Assembly: GCF_001194135.2 (NCBI RefSeq)
Contig: NC_068997.1
Location: 28,365,733 to 28,429,732 of the forward strand
DNA length: 64,000 nucleotides
Origin: Octopus bimaculoides
Taxonomy: Eukaryota
Direction: 5' to 3'
Positions within the stretch are counted from its first letter, which is position 1, and each line of letters begins with the position of its first letter. Shown piece after piece: positions 24,331-39,800 of this stretch. A model generated the notes under the pieces. That model saw only the letters and a list, made by a program, of their open reading frames with translations. It did no database searches and had not been told where the DNA came from. The position numbers and the translations under genes are program-made.

Positions 24331-26396
24331 ATTAGCTTTTCATATGTTGTCTTAATAATTTTTTTCCGATATTGTAACATGTTCTTTCTCGAACTGAGAA
24401 AAACATTCAGTTTTATATTCGTTTTAAACAATTAGACGAATGTGATACACATTTTACAGTATTTAACAATTCGAAGACAATGTTTATTATCAGAAAATTT
24501 ATTCAGTTCCGTTGCTTGTTCGGACTCGATATGTATTGTATGATGTATTTATTCTCTTTGCATTTTAAATGCTGTGTTATATTATGTTTTCAAAACATCT
24601 CTTCGCAATATTTGACTTCTTACTTTGCTTAATTTTCGAAACGTACATCTTCCTTTTGTTTTGGTTTTTACGAAATATAAACATTTTGCAACGATTATAT
24701 AATTTACCTAATAAATAATAATAATAATGTTATTGTATCCTGATACTGAAAAAGCAATTATAGCATACTGTTCAATAGGTTTTAACAGAAACAAACATAA
24801 AACAACATATGCAATTAACCAATACAACTTAGAAAAGCAATAACTTAATATATTGTTTTTAAAAATTTCTGGCATAGGTACAATACTTTTTTGTGGAGAG
24901 GAGACAGTCCATTATATTAAGCCCTGTATTAAACTGGTATTTTATTTTAATCAATCTTGGAAAAATGGAAGGTGAAGTCGACCCCGATGAGATTTGAACT
25001 AGGAATGTAAAGAACTGGAATGAATACCACAAAGGTTCTCTCGTGAGAGTTGTAGTTTGCAGGGACAGTAAAAGCCTGGACGAAATGCTCTCCTAGTGTT
25101 TGTAGTTAGTTTCTACTCGCTTCCGCTGCATCATATCTACAATAGCTTCGGACTTGTTTTCTTTTTGTACCGGTGAAATTTGAAGAGGCGTGTTTCCGGT
25201 GTCTAACAGGTAGATTAGTATTTACTTCCTTCATTTGAAGGAAAGAAAGTTTAATTGTTTAGTAACAATTCCAGATACTTTGACATTACCCGGTGTCTTT
25301 CTATTTACCTTTTTATTCCTTCATGCACCAGCACATAACCGTAGTGTGTGTTAGTGTTTGTTAATTGACAGGTGGGGGGGGGGAGAGGCTAAAACTTCGT
25401 TAGATATAAGACAGGTGTCAACAACAATATTAATATCTAATAATGTACCCTCCCGTCGAAAATATACAAATCCTCATTAAAAGGAGCACTCCGTCGGTTA
25501 CGACGACGAGAGTTCCAGCTGATACGATCAACGGAACAGCTTGCTCGTGAAATTAACATGCAAGTGGCTGAGCATTCCACAGGGCATCCAGCCATAGAAA
25601 CCATGCCAAATCAGACTGGAATTTGGTGCAGCTTTCTGGCTAACCAGTATCGGTCAAACCGTCCAACCCATGCCTGCATGGAAAGCAGACACTAAATGAT
25701 GAGGATGATGATAATGTGTAACTTGAACTGGTGCACAATATGCTCCAGTCACAAAACAATGCATTAAAGGGAAATTAGTTACGCATAATCCAAACAGAGC
25801 GATGCTAATGTCCCTTACTATTGTTGTGCATATCGTATGGAAAGCTGGACTAATATTGCTGCCAAGCCTGTGTCCAGCAGATTGCAGGCAGAGACTGGAA
25901 CACAGAGAATGTCCAGTGTAACCACAATGCAACTTATCAAACTGCATGCTGGCATTTTTGAGATTTTTCCTGCTTTACTCTCGTCTACTGCGGAATGATC
26001 GTCTGTCTTTTTTGACAGGTCAGATTTTCACCTTGTTGAGTGTTTAGCAACCTTCCTCACCAGGTCAACCTTCTGGTCAGGTTGCCAACATAGTTGCTGA
26101 TGGCTTGACTAGGTAACAAGTTCAATTGGATTATGTTACAAGTTGCATTCAGAGCGACCTGGTGTATGATCTATGTACATAGTTTTATTTTGTCTCTTTC
26201 TTGTTTCAGGAATTTGACTGTGGCCATGCTGGGGCATTGTCTTGAAAAGTTTTAGTCAAATAAATTGACCTGAGGACTTTTTTTTAAGCCTAGTACTTAT
26301 TCTATTACTCTTTTACTAAACCACTAAGTTATAGAGATGTAAGCACACCAACACTAGTTGTCAAATGGTGGTGAGACAAACACAGACACAAGAACA

Positions 26397-26446
<50 letters not shown>

Positions 26447-29172
26447 TACATACATACATATGTATATATAGCACTGCCTGACTGGCACCTGTGTCAGTGG
26501 AACGTTAAAAGCACCATCCGAGTGCGATCATTACTAGGGCCGCTGACTGGCTTCCATGCCGGTGGCACATAAAAAGCACCATTTGAGCGTGATCATTGCC
26601 AGCGTCGCCTTACTGACATTTGTGCCGGTGGCACGTGAAAAATAACATTTGAGTGAGATTGTTGCCATAAACACCATTTGAGCATGGCTGTCACCATTAC
26701 CGCCTGGCTGGCCCTCGTGCCGGTGGCACGTAAAAGTACCGACTACAATAAGAAGAGGTGAAGTTAATGTATGCAAGATTTCGCAGCTCGAGCATCACTC
26801 ATTCGTAGTCAGCTTATGAGCTTTTCAGCCCACCCTCGTAGAACATACACAAATACATATACACACAAGGACATGAGCATACATATACACATTATCCATC
26901 TGCACCTCTATAGATATGCATATGTAGACGGTTTGACAGGGCTGGCAAGTCACGAGGCTGCACCGGGCTCCAATCTGATCTGGCAAGATTTCTACAGCTG
27001 GATGCCCTTCCAATATATGTGCATATATATCCTTTCTATTATAGGCTACCTGACAGGCTCCTGTGCCAGTGGTGTATAAAAAGCACCCACTATGCTCTCA
27101 GAATGGTTGGTGTTAGGAAGGGCATCCAGCTGTAGAAACTTTGCCAGATGAGATCGGAGCCTGGTGCAGTCTCCTGACTTGCCAGTCCTCAGTCAAACCA
27201 TTCAACTCATGCCAGCATGGAAAGTGGATGTTAAATGATGGTGATGATGAATGAACTCTAATTTAGGGACAAGGCCAGCAATTTTAGAGGGTGGGGACGG
27301 GTCGATTGCATTGATTCCAGGACTTGACTGATACCTTATTTTATTGGTCCTGGAAACATGAACGGTAAAGTTTAGTTCAGCAATATTTGAACTCAGATTG
27401 TAAAGAGCCAGAATAAACAGGNNNNNNNNNNNNNNNNNNNNNNNNNNNNNNNNNNNNNNNNNNNNNNNNNNNNNNNNNNNNNNNNNNNNNNNNNNNNNNN
27501 NNNNNNNNNNNNNNNNNNNNNNNNNNNNNNNNNNNNNNNNNNNNNNNNNNNNNNNNNNNNNNNNNNNNNNNNNNNNNNNNNNNNNNNNNNNNNNNNNNNN
27601 NNNNNNNNNNNNNNNNNNNNNNNNNNNNNNNNNNNNNNNNNNNNNNNNNNNNNNNNNNNNNNNNNNNNNNNNNNNNNNNNNNNNNNNNNNNNNNNNNNNN
27701 NNNNNNNNNNNNNNNNNNNNNNNNNNNNNNNNNNNNNNNNNNNNNNNNNNNNNNNNNNNNNNNNNNNNNNNNNNNNNNNNNNNNNNNNNNNNNNNNNNNN
27801 NNNNNNNNNNNNNNNNNNNNNNNNNNNNNNNNNNNNNNNNNNNNNNNNNNNNNNNNNNNNNNNNNNNNNNNNNNNNNNNNNNNNNNNNNNNNNNNNNNNN
27901 NNNNNNNNNNNNNNNNNNNNNNNNNNNNNNNNNNNNNNNNNNNNNNNNNNNNNNNNNNNNNNNNNNNNNNNNNNNNNNNNNNNNNNNNNNNNNNNNNNNN
28001 NNNNNNNNNNNNNNNACATGAGATGCACCATTTTGAGCGTGGCCGTTGCCAGTACCGCCTGACTGGCTCCCGTAGGATTTTTGAGTGAGATCGTTGCCAG
28101 TGCCCCTGGACTGGCTTGTGCAGGTGGCACATAAAAGACACCATTTCGAGCGTGGCCGTTTTCGTGCGGGTGACACGTAAAAGCACCCACTACACTCTGA
28201 GTGGTTGGCGTTAGGAAGGGCATCCAGCTGTAGAAACTCTGCCAAATTAGATTGGAGCCTGGTGTTGCCATCCGGTTTCACCAGTCCTCAGTCAAATCGT
28301 CCAACCCATGCTAGCATGGAAAGCGGACGTTAAACGACGATGATGATAATAATCCATTTCTACTAAAGGTACAAGGCCTCTAGTAGAATAGTAATAACAA
28401 CAACAACAACATCAATAAAATATTTCGATTCATTTTAAACTGTTTCAGGAACTAAATCTAGATCTTGTGAAGTTTTCCCGTCCAGCTGTTCTCCATGAAG
28501 TTCATGTCGTTCCACTTGGCACCAAAGTTCAGGCTGAAGTACCCGGAGGTACTCGTCTTGGGTAAGTTAGAAAACATTTTCTGTTCTCTGTTACTGTTTC
28601 AGATTTAGTTTGTATTCATTAATACCATTGTTGTACATCTGGTTTCCATGTCTCCGTGAACAGGACAATCTGTCATGTTTCAAATCACTTTTTATTCAAA
28701 GCTATTGCCATCGGAGTTAGGATGGAAAACAACACTTTTATTCTACTTTCCATATTTGTCATGATTTCTTCAGCTGGATGATTTTATTTATACTAATCAC
28801 TTAAGAGGGTGTACTGGGTGCATTTTATCATGACATCACTAAAATGGTTGTTGAGTCCTTGGAGAGACTGAAGGCTCTTCTCAACCATGTATTGTGTTTT
28901 TCTGTTTGCCAGCTTCTTTACTGAGTATTCTAGGTGCAGCATTTTATTGAGCACCATGGCACTAGTGAAGTTGCCTTGCGCACAAGTCTAAAGAGATTGC
29001 ATATGTTTGATATTATCTCCATTTAAAGTTAAAAAAAGACATTAAAAATATAAAAGATTCTGCTTGATTCGGGCTAATCCTCAGTCACTACATCCCCACT
29101 ATATTCGAATAATTTAATTTTTGTTTTTGCTCCAGATACATACACATACATTACAGGCTTGCATACACACAC

Positions 29173-29204
<32 letters not shown>

Positions 29205-30605
29205 NNNNNNNNNNNNNNNNNNNNNNNNNNNNNNNNNNNNNNNNNNNNNNNNNNNNNNNNNNNNNNNNNNNNNNNNNNNNNNNNNNNNNNNNNNNNNNNN
29301 NNNNNNNNNNNNNNNNNNNNNNNNNNNNNNNNNNNNNNNNNNNNNNNNNNNNNNNNNNNNNNNNNNNNNNNNNNNNNNNNNNNNNNNNNNNNNNNNNNNN
29401 NNNNNNNNNNNNNNNNNNNNNNNNNNNNNNNNNNNNNNNNNNNNNNNNNNNNNNNNNNNNNNNNNNNNNNNNNNNNNNNNNNNNNNNNNNNNNNNNNNNN
29501 NNNNNNNNNNNNNNNNNNNNNNNNNNNNNNNNNNNNNNNNNNNNNNNNNNNNNNNNNNNNNNNNNNNNNNNNNNNNNNNNNNNNNNNNNNNNNNNNNNNN
29601 NNNNNNNNNNNNNNNNNNNNNNNNNNNNNNNNNNNNNNNNNNNNNNNNNNNNNNNNNNNNNNNNNNNNNNNNNNNNNNNNNNNNNNNNNNNNNNNNNNNN
29701 NNNNNNNNNNNNNNNNNNNNNNNNNNNNNNNNNNNNNNNNNNNNNNNNNNNNNNNNNNNNNNNNNNNNNNNNNNNNNNNNNNNNNNNNNNNNNNNNNNNN
29801 NNNNNNNNNNNNNNNNNNNNNNNNNNNNNNNNNNNNNNNNNNNNNNNNNNNNNNNNNNNNNNNNNNNNNNNNNNNNNNNNNNNNNNNNNNNNNNNNNNNN
29901 NNNNNNNNNNNNNNNNNNNNNNNNNNNNNNNNNNNNNNNNNNNNNNNNNNNNNNNNNNNNNNNNNNNNNNNNNNNNNNNNNNNNNNNNNNNNNNNNNNNN
30001 NNNNNNNNNNNNNNNNNNNNNNNNNNNNNNNNNNNNNNNNNNNNNNNNNNNNNNNNNNNNNNNNNNNNNNNNNNNNNNNNNNNNNNNNNNNNNNNNNNNN
30101 NNNNNNNNNNNNNNNGGCACATAAAAGACACCATTTCGAGCGTGGCCGTTTTCGTGCGGGTGACACGTAAAAGCACCCACTTCACTCTGAGTAGTTGGCG
30201 TTAGGAAGGGCATCCAGCTGTAGAAACTCTGCCAAATTAGATTGGAGCCTGGTGTTGCCATCCGGTTTCACCAGTCCTCAGTCAAATCGTCCAACCCATG
30301 CTAGCATGGAAAGCGGACGTTAAACGATGATGATGATGATGATTATGATGATGATATATATATATTGATTTAAATAAGAGCTCAAAACTGATCCATTGAA
30401 AATACTTCATGATGATGACCTATGAACATTTCGATGCAATATCCAGATCGATTCATGCATATTATAAAATATGGGATACTGCATCTCCTCAGGGTATTAG
30501 TAGCAAGCATGTGTGTGTGTATATATATATACATACATACATACACGTACACACACACACACACACATATATATACATATATATATGTATATATGTGTGT
30601 ATGTA

Positions 30606-30647
<42 letters not shown>

Positions 30648-30685
30648 CATACATACACNNNNNNNNNNTATATATATATATATAT

Positions 30686-30724
<39 letters not shown>

Positions 30725-31355
30725 CAAAGAGTTATGTGATGAAGCTCAAAAGAGAGCAGACTCATTAGATCTGTAGGAATGTGATCTCAAAACTCTGGAT
30801 TTATTACAATATTCACTCAGACATATGAAATGTTGGGTAGAGAAAGATTTGGAGAAATTAATAGTCCAGAAAGTAATTAATCAAACCAAGAGTGAATGGA
30901 AGTTAATGTGAAATAGAGATGTGTACAAAGTCAGTAAGAGGAGCAGTTACAAATGTAATCAAAGAAAGCGAAGTAAAGCGTTGACATTCTTCAAGTGTAC
31001 TGAGGTGTGAGACACCTAAAATGTACAGAGGACGATTGGAAAGAAGCATAAGTAGACAAACAACCAATTGTATTAACCACATGCTAAAATGTGTTCACAC
31101 AGGGTAAATATGTGCACCTACAACATGCTCTGGCGCCTTTGCATGTGCACATGTGTGAGTTGGCACATTATGTGCTCCTACATACTTGCACCCACACTAT
31201 TGCATACAAAACATGCACACACAATTGTGCATATACACAATTTTTTACATGGCTATGCAAATACCCCTCACCCTCAGTCAAACCATCCAACCCATGCCAG
31301 CATGGAAAACAGACATTAAACGATGAATATGATGATGATGATGATGATGTAATGC

Positions 31356-31397
<42 letters not shown>

Positions 31398-31616
31398 TTA
31401 AATGTGGCCAATGCCAGCACCACCTTGACTGGCTTCTGTGCCGGTGGCATGTAAAAAACACCCACTACACTCACGGAGTGGTTGGTGTTAGTAAGGGCAT
31501 CCAGCTGTAGAAACACTGCCAGATCAGACTGGAGCCTGGTGCAGCCTCCTGGCTTCCCAGGTCCCGGTCGAACTGTCCAACCTATGCTAGCATGGAAAAT
31601 AGACGTTAAACGATGA

Positions 31617-31651
<35 letters not shown>

Positions 31652-33826
31652 TATATGCATTACATTCCTACCCAGATACACTTGTGCATAATATACAAAT
31701 ATATGCGTACGCTTGTATATACACATATATTTGCAAAAAATCTGTATAAGTGGGTAGATTTATAAATATATCCATGTATACATCATCATCATCATCGTTT
31801 AACGTCCGCTTTCCATGCTAGCATGGGTTGGACAATTTGATTGAAGACTGGTGAAACCGGATGGCAACACCAAGCTCCAATCTAATTTGGCAGAGTTTCT
31901 ACAGCTGGATGCCCTTCCTAACGCCAACCACTCAGAGAGTGTAGTGGGTGCTTTTACGTGTCACCCGCACGGAAACGGCCACGCTCGAAATGGTGTCTTT
32001 TATGTGCCACCCGCACAAGAGCCAGTCCAGGGGCACTGGCATCGATCTCACTTGGCTTGCCGGGTCTTCTCACGCACAGCACATTTCCAAAGGTCTCGGT
32101 CAGTAGTCATCGCCTCGGTGAGGCCCAATGTTCGAAGGTCTTGCCTCACCACCTCAGCCCAGGTCTTCCTGGGCCTACCTCTTCCACGGGTTACTTCAAC
32201 TGTTAGGGTGTGGCACTTTTTCACGCAGCTATCCTCATTCATTCTCACCACATGTCCAAACCAGCGCAATCGTCTCTCTTGCACTACTGTACAATCTCAT
32301 CAACGTATGTGCCAATGTGATTGTCAACATATAGAAGCATATAGCCACAAAGTATAAATAGAAAAATAACTTCAAAAGATCATCGTCACCATCATTTTCA
32401 TTTAATGTCTGCTTTCCAGGCTAGCATGAGTTGGACGATTTGATTAGGGACTGGTAAACCAGATGGCTACACTAGACGCCAATCTGATCTGGCAGAGTGT
32501 AGTGGGTGCTTTTTACAAACCAGTCCGGTGGTACTGGAAACAGCCATGCTCAAATGGTGTTTTTTACGTGCCCCCTGCACAGGAGCCAGTCCAATGTTTT
32601 GTTCGTCAGTCCAACACCATTTAGTATCGTTGTTCCATGTTGGCACGAGTTGAATGGGTTGACAGGATCTGACTAGTTCAGGGTCTGCATCATGCACCAG
32701 TGTTTGCTATGGCTGGATGCCCTTCCTAATGCCAACCACTTTACAGAGCATACTGCATGCTTTTAATGTAGTTTGTGTCTTGCATGTAGCCTTTAACCTT
32801 TTTCCATTCAAGGATTTTTTGAATCCAATATATTATATACTCTTTCCACTGAAACACTCCAGCCTGAAAATGATTTGTAAAATAATTTATCTGTAATTTT
32901 CTTTTACTTTCAGAGCAACAAACCCATCATCTTTCAAACTCGAGTTTTTCGTCAATAATCTGCGCAAACCAAACGCTGCTACGTTTGAAAAGTTGGGAAT
33001 GTAAGTGATTTTCTTTCTACTTTTCATGTTTCATTCACTATTTTTTTTTAGAAAAAAAGGATATAGGTTCAGGTCTGGCTGTGTGGCAAGAAGTTTACTT
33101 CCCAACAATATGCTTCTGGGTTCAGTCCTGCTCAGGCCAAACAAGATTGAAAAAACCCCATCATATATATCAGCTAAACAGTTTTTAGTCAAATCGTCCA
33201 ACCCATGCCAGCAAGGAAAACAGACGTTAAATGATGATGATGATATCATCATCATCATCATACGTCAATTTTCCATGCTGGCATGAGTCGGACGGCTTGA
33301 CAGGAGTTGATCAGTTGGAGAGCTGCTTGGGCCCCATGACTGTTTTGGCATGGTTTCAATGGCTGGATGCCTTTCCTAATATCGAATGAAGCAACCTGTC
33401 CAATGCTGTAGTGATTCCACCAGTCTACAGCCCTTGGGTGGTTTTTCATTTATTGACCTCAGTAGGAATTGAACTCAGAACACAAAAGAAGCCAAAATAA
33501 ATACTTCAAAGTATTTTGTCTGATGCTCTCGTACTTCTACCACAAAATATTTACTTGCAAATATACATCATCATTGTTGTGAAATGTCACTTGACCATGT
33601 TTGTATGGGTCAGATAGTTTATTTGAGGCAAATTTCCTATGGCTGGATGCCCCTGCTGTTGCCAACCCTCACCCGTTTCCAAGCATGGTAATATTTCCCC
33701 ATGGGTAGGAATGTTTTTCATAGAAATAACATTGCATGGATGATGATGATGATCAGTTACTTTACAACCATCACATGATGTCGAGACAAGGGCACACATG
33801 GAAGGCGGACATTAAACAATGATGGT

Positions 33827-33887
<61 letters not shown>

Positions 33888-36800
33888 TATAGATATCAAT
33901 TGTGGAACATGACTGTCATGGCATAAACCTGATGATTGTGTAATGCATAAAAATACTAGTTTATTTCAATATTGTAAAATTGTTAAAGCTGCAAGCTGGC
34001 AGAAGTGTTAGCACGCCGGGCGAAATGCTTAGCGGTATTTCGTCTGCCATTATGTTCTGAGTTGAAATTCTGCTGAGATCGGCTTTGCCTTTCATTCTTT
34101 CGGGCTCGATTAACTAAGTACCAGTTACGCACTGGGGTCGATGTAATTGACTTAATTCCTTTGTCCGTCTTTGTTTGTCCCCTCTATGTTTAGCCCCCTG
34201 TGGGCAATAAAGAAATAAATATTGTGAAATTGTAAAAATTGCAAATAATAATCATGGTGGTGCTCCAGCATGACTGCAGCTGTATGGCTGAAACGTGTAA
34301 AAAAAATAAAAGAATAAAATGTGAGAAATCAGACTAAGTTGGAATTTCATTGATTAATATCTTCTATAGACAACCATACAAACTTGATATATATGAGGGA
34401 GAGTCAAAACTTGTACGCACTCTTGTTTTTTCAATGTCATCATCATCATCATCGTTTAACGTCCGCTTTCCATGCTGGCATGGGTTGGATGGTTTGACTG
34501 AGGACCGGAGAGCCAGCAGCTGCACCAGGCTCCAATCTGATTTGGCAGAGTTTCTACAGCTGGATGCCCTTCCTAATACCAACCACTCTGAGAGTGTAAT
34601 GGGTGCTTTTACGTGCCATCAACACGAGGGCTAATTGGGCGGTTTTGGCAATGACCATGCTCAAAAGGTGTTTTTTTACGTGCTACCTGCATGGGAGCAA
34701 GTCCGGTGGCACTTGCAATGACCACACTCAAATGTTGTTTTTCATGTGCCAGTAAGGTGCCAATCAGGCGGTAGTGCCAGGGGATAAACAAATATGTCAT
34801 TTTTCTATATAGTCTCCTTCCTTTTCAATGCACTTGGTCCAGCGATCCACAAGCTTGTGTATTCCCTCCAAGAAGAAGGTTTACGGTTGGTCATGCAACA
34901 ATTTATGCACTGCTTCCTTCACATCTTCGTCTGTAGGAAATTGATTACCTTGTAAGCCATCTTTGAGTGGTCCAAAAATATGATAGTTGGAGGGGCAAGC
35001 TCTGGGCTGTAGGCAAGGTGTTCCAGCACCTCAAAACCTAAATGCTTAATGGTCTCAACAGTCTGGGTAGCCATGTGTGGCAATACGTTGTTATGCAACA
35101 ACAAAGCTTTCTTTGGTAATTGTGTGTATATATATATATATATAATGGGCTTTTTTCAGTTATCTGTTTAAATTCATTTACAACGCTTTAGTTGACCTGG
35201 AGCTTGAGCAGAGGGCACTTGCTCGATGGTGTCATGCAGTGGGACTGAACCAGTGATGACATGCTTGGGAAACAAATTCCATCTGAGCTATGCAAACATG
35301 GAAAAATGGACACTAAAATGATGATGAGGGCATATACATACATACATATGTACATCATTCTTAAAATATCATTCTTAATCAATCACATAAACTTGAACCT
35401 ATGGGATAATGGTCGATAAAACAATGTGGATTAATAAGGATTACATTTGACGAATAATCTGGTTGTTAAAGGCATAATTATGGATATTCTTGCCAAGTTT
35501 CAGTATAACCAAAGTAGTTCTTGAAAAATTTCAGCATATATATTATAGGTGCAGGAGTGGGTGTGTGGTAAGAAGCTTCATTCCCACTGTATACCACCTT
35601 GGGAAAGTGTCTCCTATAGCCTCAGGCTGACCAAAGCTTTGTGAGTGGATTTGTTAGATGGAAACTGAAAGAAGCCCATCGTCTATATATATATACACAC
35701 ACACACACACACATTGTGTGTCTGTGTTTGTCACCCCACCAGTGTTTGACAACCGATGCTGGTGTGTTTACGTCCTCATAACTTAGCGGTTTGGCAAAAG
35801 AGACTGATACAATAAGTATTAGGCTTACAAAGAATAATTTGTTTGACTAAAGGCGGTGCTCCAGCATGGCTGCAATCAAATGACTGAAACAAGTAAAAGA
35901 ATAAAAGACTATAAAAAGGTAAAAAAAAATACTTTTTAAAATTTAATCCAGTTTTGTCAAGTGCTATTACAAAGTGAAAATGCGCTCTTGGGTGTAACTT
36001 TGCCAGTATGTCTGCCACATGTAATTCAGCTTGTTTTAAAAGCTAATATTTTGTGCAAGCATATCAAATGTTATTAAAGATTACGCAAATTAAGGCTTTG
36101 TCTACGTACATATGTCGAGCATTACATATTTCCACAATGTTTTTATTTATGACAATAGACCACAAAAGAACTCAATGAAAAGCTAATTTGGTATGAGCAG
36201 AGATTTGCTGTGTACATGATAATAATGTTATAGAAATAAACAACTGAAATTAATTGCACAATCATTAAATATAATACAATTAAATACACTTGCGCACACA
36301 CACACACACACGCGCGCATTTGTAGGTTTTGTTTTTTTGTAAAGCGTTCTCTCTTGTGCAAATATACATACATACGTATGTTTATAGCAAGAATTTACAA
36401 AAAAAAACCCAAAAGACCAAGACAGGTGTGTAAACAACAAACTGATATATTACTTTAACGTTTGGGGAGTGAGAAAGTCTTTTACTTTATGAGCCTACGC
36501 TCTTTGTCAGAAATAAACAGGAATATATATGTTTATAAACGATTTAGATATTTTTTCTTTTAAAGCCAAAACAAGTTAGAACCTCAAAAATACAGGTCAT
36601 TGGTTAGTAGTGTTACCCAGTATTTCAATGTTTCAGAGAAGTTGGCTTCCAACACCGCAGGGGGAGAGAGTGGGTGGGAGATGAAGATGAATTACTATTC
36701 ATTGTTTTAGGTTGGGTACCTAGCACCTTAGGCAATGTACCCCTGATCTGGCTACACCTCCATCAGGTGTCCTTTTGTCTCGTATCTCTTACTTGTTTCA

Positions 36801-39800
36801 GTCATTAGACTGTGGCCATGCTGGGGCACTGCCTTGAAGAATTTTAGTCAAATGAATTTGACCCCCAGTACATTTTTGTTTAAGCCTGGTGCTTATTCTG
36901 TTGGTCTCTTTTGCTGAACTGCTAAGTTATGGGGACATAAACACACCAACACTGGTTGTCAAGCAGTGGTGATACACACACATAAATACAATGGGCTTCT
37001 TTTAGTTTCTGTCTCCCAAGTTCTCTCACAAGGCTTTGGTTGACTTGTGGCTGTTGTAGAAGACACTTGCCCAAAGTGCCACACAATGGGACTGAACCAG
37101 GAACCATTTGGTTGTGAAGCAACCTTCTTACCATGCAGCCACTTCTGAATCTGCATTATGTATGCTTCTCATTACTTATAGATCTCATATAAGCCCTTGG
37201 CCATCAAACACAAAACTAATTAAGTTCTGGAAATACTGTTTGTTTATTTATTCTTTTGAGTGGGGAGGGATCATTTCAAAAGGTTAATAAACATCAAGTA
37301 TATAATCTTTTTATTTGACTAAATATATTTTATTGTGTAATATAACTGATAATAGCAGTGCATTTTCAGTTGACAATTAACACAATTTTTGACAATAAAT
37401 GCAATTAAACTAGTTTTGTATTACCTTTTTATTATATTTTTTTTTCATTTTGTTTTGAATACAAAAGTTAAGATGTTTATACAGGATATTTGTCCACTTT
37501 TCTTAAGTTGTGTAATTCTTTCCAATCATTTGTAATTACCTTGATTTCGAGTTTCCTTTGTTATATTTCTGCTCTGATTCACACCAATCACCAACCACCA
37601 GCCTGTTAACATCTTCATTTTTCACTCTCATTCAACGTATGTAAATTATGCACCCCACTTATTCCCATCACATCATCCCATAGTATATTATATTCAGTTT
37701 AACTGGTTCTTTCATGTCATGTCAAAACACTATTTATTACTAAATATAAAATCAACAACATAATAAGTTAAATGGATATTTTAAGATCCTGGTTAAGTTA
37801 CTCAAATTTTCTTTTCAAATACTCTAATATTAAAAATTGTTAAGCAGACCTTCACCTTTTCTAGTTTCTTTTATACTCCTTCTGTCCTGTTGATAATAGG
37901 AGTGCATTTTCAGTCGACTATTTACACAATGAATACAATGAAATTAGGGTTCAGACAGAAGATTCTAGAAGATTGAATCCTGCAATTGCTTGACACTGAC
38001 TGGCTGTTTAATAGACAGATCATGTGAAACTTTTTTGTGGTTTGGTCATGATGCCTGACCAGCTATCCAGAGATTTAGTTTCAAATCCCAGTAATACTGT
38101 CTGTGTCTCTGATATTTCACCTCCCTTTCATACACCATCAGCCCAGCCATTCTCTTTCCTTCCTTCTGCTCAGTCTGCTTCCTTTTCTGCAATCGTGTCT
38201 CCCTTCTACTCACTCTTGCTCATCATTATCCTTTAGGAAAGTGGGTTATACATCAGTAGATGTACACCTAACTTTCCTATGTTAAATTAGAAGTGAACTG
38301 AATGCAGAAACTCCAAACTGATCAACAACAACAAGTATTTATTGTATGGTGGAAAATAAAACAGCTTCCAATTGTCCATTTTCCGAGTAGCCTGAAATGT
38401 AGATGTATTGTTCCTCGAGCTGGTGTCGTTGTAGAGACAACTTCGTTCAACCACACTCAAATGAGAGAGCCTGCTTAGACATCTTGCTTGGTCGCTGTCT
38501 GCGCGTAAAGAGACAGAATCGAAGCGGGAACGTTTGGATGTTGAAATCCACGCATGCGTGGTTAAGGATTCAGCAATGGCGACTATGCCTTTTTGGCGCC
38601 AATATGACGTCACTACAATGGCTCCCCCATGAGTGTGGAACACGAAATTAAAAAATTTTGGAGGGACATCTGAGGCGAGATGGCCACCGAAACCATGCAG
38701 AAAATGCGGCACAAATATATATATCAAACACTCGGTTTTATCTTCACTGTATGAGTGGGACATCCCCTCACGGAAAATAGCAAGAGCCAACCAACTAAGA
38801 TACTTAGTACCAGGCATTCCCCCGACGTCGCCAAGTTTAAACAGGACATCATTACCACTGTCAACATCACCACCACCACAGCTCCGCAACCGACCACAAC
38901 CTCCCGCGTATGGACATTCCAAATTTCCTTGTGTAACTTTTTACGAACCGGATACATAGTTTTTTTTTTTCTGGCTGGAAGAAAAATGTTCAATAAAAAA
39001 AAACTGAAATTGTCCAGTAAAAACACAATAAATTTAACGTAAATAGTTTTTTCCAATTTCTTGGGCCAATGCACCGTCCTGCCAAACCTAGTGNNNNNNN
39101 NNNNNNNNNNNNNNNNNNNNNNNNNNNNNNNNNNNNNNNNNNNNNNNNNNNNNNNNNNNNNNNNNNNNNNNNNNNNNNNNNNNNNNNNNNNNNNNNNNNN
39201 NNNNNNNNNNNNNNNNNNNNNNNNNNNNNNNNNNNNNNNNNNNNNNNNNNNNNNNNNNNNNNNNNNNNNNNNNNNNNNNNNNNNNNNNNNNNNNNNNNNN
39301 NNNNNNNNNNNNNNNNNNNNNNNNNNNNNNNNNNNNNNNNNNNNNNNNNNNNNNNNNNNNNNNNNNNNNNNNNNNNNNNNNNNNNNNNNNNNNNNNNNNN
39401 NNNNNNNNNNNNNNNNNNNNNNNNNNNNNNNNNNNNNNNNNNNNNNNNNNNNNNNNNNNNNNNNNNNNNNNNNNNNNNNNNNNNNNNNNNNNNNNNNNNN
39501 NNNNNNNNNNNNNNNNNNNNNNNNNNNNNNNNNNNNNNNNNNNNNNNNNNNNNNNNNNNNNNNNNNNNNNNNNNNNNNNNNNNNNNNNNNNNNNNNNNNN
39601 NNNNNNNNNNNNNNNNNNNNNNNNNNNNNNNNNNNNNNNNNNNNNNNNNNNNNNNNNNNNNNNNNNNNNNNNNNNNNNNNNNNNNNNNNNNNNNNNNNNN
39701 NNNNNNNNNNNNNNNNNNNNNNNNNNNNNNNNNNNNNNNNNNNNNNNNNNNNNNNNNNNNNNNNNNNNNNNNNNNNNNNNNNNNNNNNNNNNNNNNNNNN

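Noticed and set aside
30382-30776. YI/HT/CV-rich ORFs here and at 16374-16668, 21627-21932 and similar sites
   Set aside because: Translations of (TA)n/(CA)n microsatellites.
38287-38959. 211 aa and 108 aa ORFs downstream of the Gypsy integrase as an env-like or extra gene
   Set aside because: They overlap the LTR and 3' UTR and have no signal peptide, transmembrane or fusion motifs.
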